From: a bacterium | GTDB lineage: Bacteria > Zhuqueibacterota > Zhuqueibacteria > Oceanimicrobiales > Oceanimicrobiaceae | Direction: 5' to 3' | Assembly: GCA_037446635.1 (NCBI GenBank) | Contig: JBBIIG010000003.1 | Span: 1-23,201, forward strand | Length of the DNA: 23,201 nt | In this document: piece after piece, positions 18,575 to 23,201 of the stretch | Numbering within the stretch: position 1 is the first letter of the stretch | Layout of the letters: every line of letters starts with the position of its first letter | Program-made: the position numbers and the translations under genes | Notes under the pieces: generated by a model | Seen by the model: the letters and a program-made list of their open reading frames with translations, nothing else | Told to the model about the DNA's origin: nothing | The model's database searches: none

Positions 18575-18780
18575 TTGGCAGTAGGCGGTGGCAGGGCATT
18601 AGGCGTGTTTGGCGATCGCCAGTTGTTGCGCTGCCGGCCTCAGCCAACTTTCAGCGTTGCTGTACCGTCCTTGGCCGGCCCTTTAAAATCTGCATGAATC
18701 CCAAACTTTTTTCATTAGCCAGCACGGTCTCGCCTCAGAAATCCGGTTCGCAAATACACTCCCTAAAGATTGTCTAAAAA

Positions 18781-18982
18781 CTGGACTATTGTAAAAATCC
18801 CTTAAGGAGATGGCTTCTGTCAATGAGAGCAGACCGCTTGGAAATGAATATCCAAGCTAAAAGCTTAAGCTTAAGCTTAATAAATTAAGCTGTTGCTGTC
18901 TATAGTCGATTTCAATCGACTTCAGCAAATTAGCCTGATGATTCATCATCAGGCGATCTGAAGATTTTTTACAATAGTCCAG
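18781..18982. mobile_element. ~200-bp MITE with 17-bp perfect terminal inverted repeats and an internal REP doublet
   Basis: CTGGACTATTGTAAAAA 18781-18797 / TTTTTACAATAGTCCAG 18966-18982; TAAAAA flanks both sides (18775-18780, 18983-18988); no ORF inside. Confidence 0.8.
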
Positions 18983-18995
18983 TAAAAAATAAAAG

Positions 18996-19024
18996 TTGAC
19001 ATTCTAACATCGGCTGGCTATTTT
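18996..19024 (+). promoter_or_regulatory. Sigma70-type promoter for the PLP lyase operon
   Basis: TTGACA 18996-19001, 17-nt spacer, TATTTT 19019-19024, A-rich upstream tract. Confidence 0.65.
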
Positions 19025-19056
19025 TGCATCTTGCAACGAAACTTTTGGAGGTAAAC

Positions 19057-20214
19057 TTGGATTTCGCTACCAAAGCCATTCACGCCGGGCAGCACCCCGA
19101 TTCCGATTGCGGCGCCATCATCACGCCAATTTACCAGACCTCCACCTATGTCCAGCAATCGCCGGGCGTGAACAAAGGCTACGAATACGGCCGCACCGCT
19201 AACCCCACGCGCGAAGCGCTGGAGAAAAATCTCGCCGCGCTGGAGAACGGCAAATTCGGATTTGCGTTTGCGTCCGGCATGGCTGCCACTTCCGCCATCA
19301 TGGGTTTGCTCAAGCAGGGCGATCACGTCATCGTCACCGAAAATGTGTACGGCGGCACCTATCGCTATTTCCAGCAAGTGATGACCGACTACGGCCTCGA
19401 ATTCAGTTTTATCGACACCTCGAAATTTGAGAATCTCGAAGCGGCGCTGAAGACCAGCACCAAAATGGTGTTTGTGGAAACGCCCACCAACCCGCTGCTC
19501 AAAATTTCGGACCTGGCGCAAATCGCCCAGTTTTGCCGCCGCCGCGATCTGCTGCTGGTGGTGGACAACACATTTCTCAGCCCGTACTTTCAGCGGCCGC
19601 TGGAGTTGGGCGCCGACATCGTCGTTCACAGCACCACCAAATTTATCAACGGGCACAGCGACGTTATCGGCGGCGTGGTGATCACCAACCACGAAAAAGC
19701 GGCCGAGCGCATCAAATTTTTGCAGAACGCGGTGGGCGCGGTGCCCAGCCCGTTCGACTGCTGGCTGATTCTTCGCGCCACCAAAACGCTGCACCTGCGA
19801 ATGCAGCAGCACAATCGCAACGCTCTGGAAATCGCCGGCTTTTTGGCGAATCATCCCAAAATTGAAAAAGTGATTTACCCCGGTTTGCCCAGCCACCCGC
19901 AGCACGAGCTCGCCAAAAAACAGCAGCGCGACCCCGACGGCAGCCCCGGTTTCGGCGGGATGATTTCCTTTGAGATGGGCAGCTTTGAGCGCGGCAAGAT
20001 TTTGCTGGAATCGCTGCGGCTGTTTGCGCTGGCGGAAAGTTTAGGCGGCGTCGAAAGTTTGATCAGCCACCCGGCCTCCATGACCCACGCCTCGGTGCCG
20101 CCAGAAGAACGCCGCCGCATCGGTCTCACCGACGGACTGGTGCGCATCTCGGTGGGCGTCGAGTCGGCGCGAGATTTGATTGGTGATTTGGAGCAGGCTT
20201 TGGAGAACGTTTGA
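19057..20214 (+). CDS. Cystathionine gamma-lyase/gamma-synthase family PLP enzyme
   Basis: GGAGG RBS before TTG 19057; FATKAIHAG, PIYQTSTY, YGRTANPT, FASGMAA, ETPTNP, VDNTF, HSTTKFINGHSD (PLP Lys), ESLGGVESL. Confidence 0.96.
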   Translation: MDFATKAIHAGQHPDSDCGAIITPIYQTSTYVQQSPGVNKGYEYGRTANPTREALEKNLAALENGKFGFAFASGMAATSAIMGLLKQGDHVIVTENVYGGTYRYFQQVMTDYGLEFSFIDTSKFENLEAALKTSTKMVFVETPTNPLLKISDLAQIAQFCRRRDLLLVVDNTFLSPYFQRPLELGADIVVHSTTKFINGHSDVIGGVVITNHEKAAERIKFLQNAVGAVPSPFDCWLILRATKTLHLRMQQHNRNALEIAGFLANHPKIEKVIYPGLPSHPQHELAKKQQRDPDGSPGFGGMISFEMGSFERGKILLESLRLFALAESLGGVESLISHPASMTHASVPPEERRRIGLTDGLVRISVGVESARDLIGDLEQALENV

Positions 20215-21110
20215 CCGCCCTCAGTTTTCTAATTTCGATTCGATTTCTATTTTTCGCCGAACCAGCGCCGCAGGATTGGTTGACTCTGGATTCCGAGCGC
20301 TTCAAAATTTATTACACCGCAGCGGACCGCTCCCGGGCCGCAGCGCTGCCCGCCATTTTTGAAAATGAGTACGCTGAGCTTTCCGCAAAATTAGGACTGC
20401 AACTGGATATCCCCGTCCAAATTTTATTGGCCCCCACGCCGGAAAAATTCAACGAATTCACCGGCCATCTCATCCCAGACTGGGGCGAGGGCGTCGCCGA
20501 TGCCGCGCGCGGTCTGATCATTTTGAAGACGCTGAGTCCGTCATCCCGCGACCGCTTGCTGAAGTCGGTTCGCCACGAGCTCACACATATTTTAGTTGGC
20601 CGCGGCGTGGCGCAGCCCGAAACCCTGCCGCGCTGGTTCAACGAGGGCCTCGCCATTTATTTTTCTTACGATGAAGAATTTGCCGGCGGCGCCGCCATCT
20701 CCAAAGCGCTCATTAGCAACTCCGTTGTTCCTTTAAATGAAATCGAAGATGTGTTGAAGTTTCAAACCGAGAAAGCTCGACTCGCTTATGAGGAGAGTTT
20801 TTCCGCCATCCTCTATTTTGAGGAAGAATTTGGATTCGAAGGCATTGCCGCGATTCTCGCTGAACTTAAAGCCGGCAAAGCTTTCGATGATGCGTTTGAA
20901 GAGTACACCGGTTTTCCCGCGGCGGAATTTGAATTGGACTGGCTGCGTTTTATTGAGCAGAAATATCGCTGGCGCTTTCTGCTCGATTTCGAAACCTACT
21001 TGTGGATTTTCATTTTGCTTTTGTTCGTACTCGTTTTTCTCGGAATTAAATGGCGCAACCGCCGCACCCTGAAACGCTGGGAAGACGAGGAGAAAATTTT
21101 AGGACGCTGA
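20211..21110 (+). CDS. Peptidase MA-like (gluzincin) protein with C-terminal TM anchor
   Basis: RHELTH (HExxH) + PRWFNEGLA; LAYEES; C-terminal hydrophobic helix with basic tail; start codon uncertain. Confidence 0.85.
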   Translation: MTALSFLISIRFLFFAEPAPQDWLTLDSERFKIYYTAADRSRAAALPAIFENEYAELSAKLGLQLDIPVQILLAPTPEKFNEFTGHLIPDWGEGVADAARGLIILKTLSPSSRDRLLKSVRHELTHILVGRGVAQPETLPRWFNEGLAIYFSYDEEFAGGAAISKALISNSVVPLNEIEDVLKFQTEKARLAYEESFSAILYFEEEFGFEGIAAILAELKAGKAFDDAFEEYTGFPAAEFELDWLRFIEQKYRWRFLLDFETYLWIFILLLFVLVFLGIKWRNRRTLKRWEDEEKILGR

Positions 21111-21120
21111 TTTCGTAAAT

Positions 21121-21230
21121 CACCGCAGCGGTCGCCCGCCTGCCAAAGCGAAGCGGCGGGCAGGCCGAGAACGTTGAGGTTGAAACAAAAATGACTCTGC
21201 GATCTCAATACTCCAGCACTCCATTACTCC
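21121..21230. repeat. REP-like repeat with a nested 30-nt palindrome, plus a short 8-mer run
   Basis: CACCGCAGCGGTCG[CCCGCCTGCCAAAGCGAAGCGGCGGGCAGG]CCGAGAACGTTGAG..CTCTGCGATCTC; ATACTCCA GCACTCCA TTACTCC. Confidence 0.7.
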
Positions 21231-21267
21231 GCGTCGGATAGAGAGCTTCGCTGAGCTAGAAAAAATA

Positions 21268-21909
21268 ATGAAGGTATTGAAAGTTAATCCTGATCGTTTC
21301 GGAGATGAAGAATTGCAACTCGCGGCCGATGTTTTAAACCGCGGCGGAGTGATTGCCTACCCCACCGAAACGGTGTACGGGCTGGGCGCGAACATTTTCC
21401 AACGCGCGGCGGTCGCAAAGATTTTTGCAATAAAAGGCCGCGATCCGGACAGGCCCATTTCGATTATGATTTCACAGGTTGCGGATGTCGATGTGTTTTG
21501 CAAAGACATTTCAGGCGTCGGCAGAACGTTGATGAACGCTTACTGGCCCGGCCCACTCACTCTGATTTTCAAAGCCTCATCCAAATTGCCGGACTACATC
21601 GTCAGCCGCGAAGGTAAAATTGGATTGCGTCTGCCGGATCATCCCATTTGCAGCGCGCTGATGCGCCGCCACCGCGATCCGGTCACCTCCACCAGCGCCA
21701 ATCTGACCGGCGCGCCGCCGCTGCTGAACGCCCGACAGATAGTCGAACAATTTGGCGAGAAAATTGATTTGGTTATCGATGGCGGCGTGTGCAAAATCAA
21801 CGTGCCCTCGACGGTGGTGGACGTCAGCGGCGGCGAGCCGCAAGTTGTGCGCGCAGGCGCAATCCCCGTGTCCGAAATTCAAAAAATCTTCAAACGGAAA
21901 ACTCGATGA
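21268..21909 (+). CDS. tsaC: L-threonylcarbamoyladenylate synthase (YrdC/Sua5 domain only)
   Basis: GGVIAYPTETVYGLG, IKGR, WPGPLTL, IGLRLP, STSANLTG, PSTVVD, RAGAI. Confidence 0.95.
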   Translation: MKVLKVNPDRFGDEELQLAADVLNRGGVIAYPTETVYGLGANIFQRAAVAKIFAIKGRDPDRPISIMISQVADVDVFCKDISGVGRTLMNAYWPGPLTLIFKASSKLPDYIVSREGKIGLRLPDHPICSALMRRHRDPVTSTSANLTGAPPLLNARQIVEQFGEKIDLVIDGGVCKINVPSTVVDVSGGEPQVVRAGAIPVSEIQKIFKRKTR

Positions 21910-22403
21910 AAAAAGCTACCTTTGATATTCTATTCGTTTGTTCCGGCAACAGTTGCCGCAGCCCAATCGCAGAAGGGTTGATGAAAATCAAAGCGCCAGA
22001 GAAATTTCGAGATCGAGTTAGAGTCGCTTCCGCGGGGACGCTGGGACTGGACGGCCACTCTGCCACCGATTTCGCCATTCAAGCCGCCGGTGAACTGGGC
22101 GCGGATATTTCGCGCCACCGCTCGCAGGGCGTCAACCAGGATTTGGTTCGCAACGCCGACATTATTTTTGCGATGGCGCGCGAGCACAAGGATTATCTGG
22201 AGCGAGAATTTCCGGAAGTGCGGGACAACGTTTTTTTGCTGCGAACGTTTGATCGTCCGCCCCAGGAAACCGCAGATGACAGCATCGACGACCCCATTGG
22301 CCGCAGTCTTTCGGTGTACCGGCAGTGCGCTGCGCTGATCGATTCCGAATTGAACCGCATCCTGCCGCGCTTAGTGAAGTTGATGGAGGAGAAGTTAGAT
22401 TAA
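21906..22403 (+). CDS. Low-molecular-weight protein Tyr/Arg phosphatase (YwlE-like)
   Basis: ILFVCSGNSCRSPIAE P-loop, SAGT, HRSQ, IDDPIG; ATG 21906 overlaps the tsaC stop. Confidence 0.93.
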   Translation: MKKATFDILFVCSGNSCRSPIAEGLMKIKAPEKFRDRVRVASAGTLGLDGHSATDFAIQAAGELGADISRHRSQGVNQDLVRNADIIFAMAREHKDYLEREFPEVRDNVFLLRTFDRPPQETADDSIDDPIGRSLSVYRQCAALIDSELNRILPRLVKLMEEKLD

Positions 22404-22419
22404 AATTTACCCGCCCCGG

Positions 22420-22494
22420 TGGGCGATACCGGATTCGAACCAGTGGCCTCCTGCTTGTAAGGCAGGCGCTCTAAACCAACTGAGCTAATCGCCC
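22420..22494 (-). tRNA. tRNA-Val (anticodon TAC)
   Basis: Reverse complement GGGCGATTAGCTCAGTTGGTTTAGAGCGCCTGCCTTACAAGCAGGAGGCCACTGGTTCGAATCCGGTATCGCCCA: cloverleaf, loop CTTACAA, GGTTCGAATCC T-arm; followed by CCG rather than CCA. Confidence 0.97.
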
Positions 22495-22508
22495 AAAAAT
22501 TGCCCTCG

Positions 22509-22536
22509 AATTTAGCACAAAATCCAGAAAAGTCAA
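22509..22536 (-). promoter_or_regulatory. Putative sigma70 promoter of tRNA-Val
   Basis: Minus strand TTGACT, 16-nt spacer ending TGC (extended -10), TAAATT, GC-rich discriminator CGAGGGC. Confidence 0.55.
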
Positions 22537-22659
22537 GCTGCCTCCAGCAAAATTTTTCAGCTACGCGTGAGAGTACTACGGCGCCGCTTTTGTCTTATAG
22601 TTTAAATCAAGCCTTTTTCCACGTACAATTTCCCATCTTTTTTACCAGGGAGGAAGGGT

Positions 22660-23201
22660 ATGCACGCCTTAAAGGGAGGTCATCCATTTTCTGCAATGCC
22701 TCGCATCCTCGCTTTCCTACTTCTAATTGTGCCGCTGACTGCTTCCGCGCAGGTGATCATCAACGAAATTGATTCTGACACGCCCGGCACGGACATGCTC
22801 GAATTCGTGGAGTTGTTTGACGGCGGCGTCGGCCACACGCCGCTGGATGGGTTGGTGGTAGTGTTTTTCAACGGCAGCAATGATCTTTCTTACGCCGCAT
22901 TCGATCTCGATGGCTTCACTACTGATGCCAACGGATTTTTTCTTATCGGCAATAGCGGTGTTTCGCCGGCCCCATCGATAGTTTTTGGAGATAATTTTTT
23001 GCAAAATGGCGCTGATGCTGTCGCTCTTTTTTCTGGCGACGCATCCGATTTTCCTAACGGAACAGCCGTCACTGACTCCAATCTAATTGATGCGATTGTT
23101 TATGATACCAGCGACCCGGATGACTCCGGCCTGCTCGCGCTGATCCACTCCGGCCAGCCGCAAGCGAACGAAAACGGCGGCGGCGACGCCGAAAATCACT
23201 C
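22660..23201 (+). CDS. Secreted protein with N-terminal lamin-tail-like domain (partial; this domain often precedes an endonuclease domain)
   Basis: GGAGG RBS; open frame to window end; signal peptide then VIINEIDSDTPGTDMLEFVELFDGG..LDGLVVVFFNGSND..LQNGADAVAL; alternative ATG 22696. Confidence 0.85.
   Translation, partial: MHALKGGHPFSAMPRILAFLLLIVPLTASAQVIINEIDSDTPGTDMLEFVELFDGGVGHTPLDGLVVVFFNGSNDLSYAAFDLDGFTTDANGFFLIGNSGVSPAPSIVFGDNFLQNGADAVALFSGDASDFPNGTAVTDSNLIDAIVYDTSDPDDSGLLALIHSGQPQANENGGGDAENH

Noticed and set aside
19018..19905. Long antisense ORFs (also 9770-10462 and 16923-17567)
   Set aside because: Shadows of GC3-rich sense genes that carry clear family motifs

Overview
Bacterial chromosomal segment, probably from an FCB-group organism other than Bacteroidota, such as KSB1 or Calditrichota. 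This is inferred from T9SS/FlgD-type C-terminal domains (CTDs) occurring alongside Shine-Dalgarno sites and a TTGACA promoter. Almost all genes are on the + strand. Bases 1-14.3 kb hold an AT-richer array of secreted proteins: SBBP and BNR/YCF48 propellers, S8 subtilases and an M6-like metalloprotease. Most end in a YPNPFN...RK(L/I)xL(K/R)-type CTD, and several are chimeric, frameshifted or collapsed to stubs. A GC-richer 2-oxoacid:ferredoxin oxidoreductase beta-gamma fusion gene sits inside the array without its alpha subunit. Bases 14.3-23.2 kb carry a small Cys-rich ORF, a radical SAM protein, a Zn-ribbon/TPR protein, an 11-heme cytochrome c plus cytochrome b (split CbcL-like), a Cys/Met PLP lyase, a peptidase MA, tsaC, an LMW phosphatase, tRNA-Val(TAC) and the start of a lamin-tail-like secreted protein. 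The most unusual signal is a family of 18, 27 and 30 nt palindromic micro-elements. They nest inside each other and inside REP-like repeats, and they insert in frame into the oxidoreductase gene. Also notable are a MITE carrying a covarying REP doublet and an orphan structured non-coding element bracketed by 8-mer repeats.
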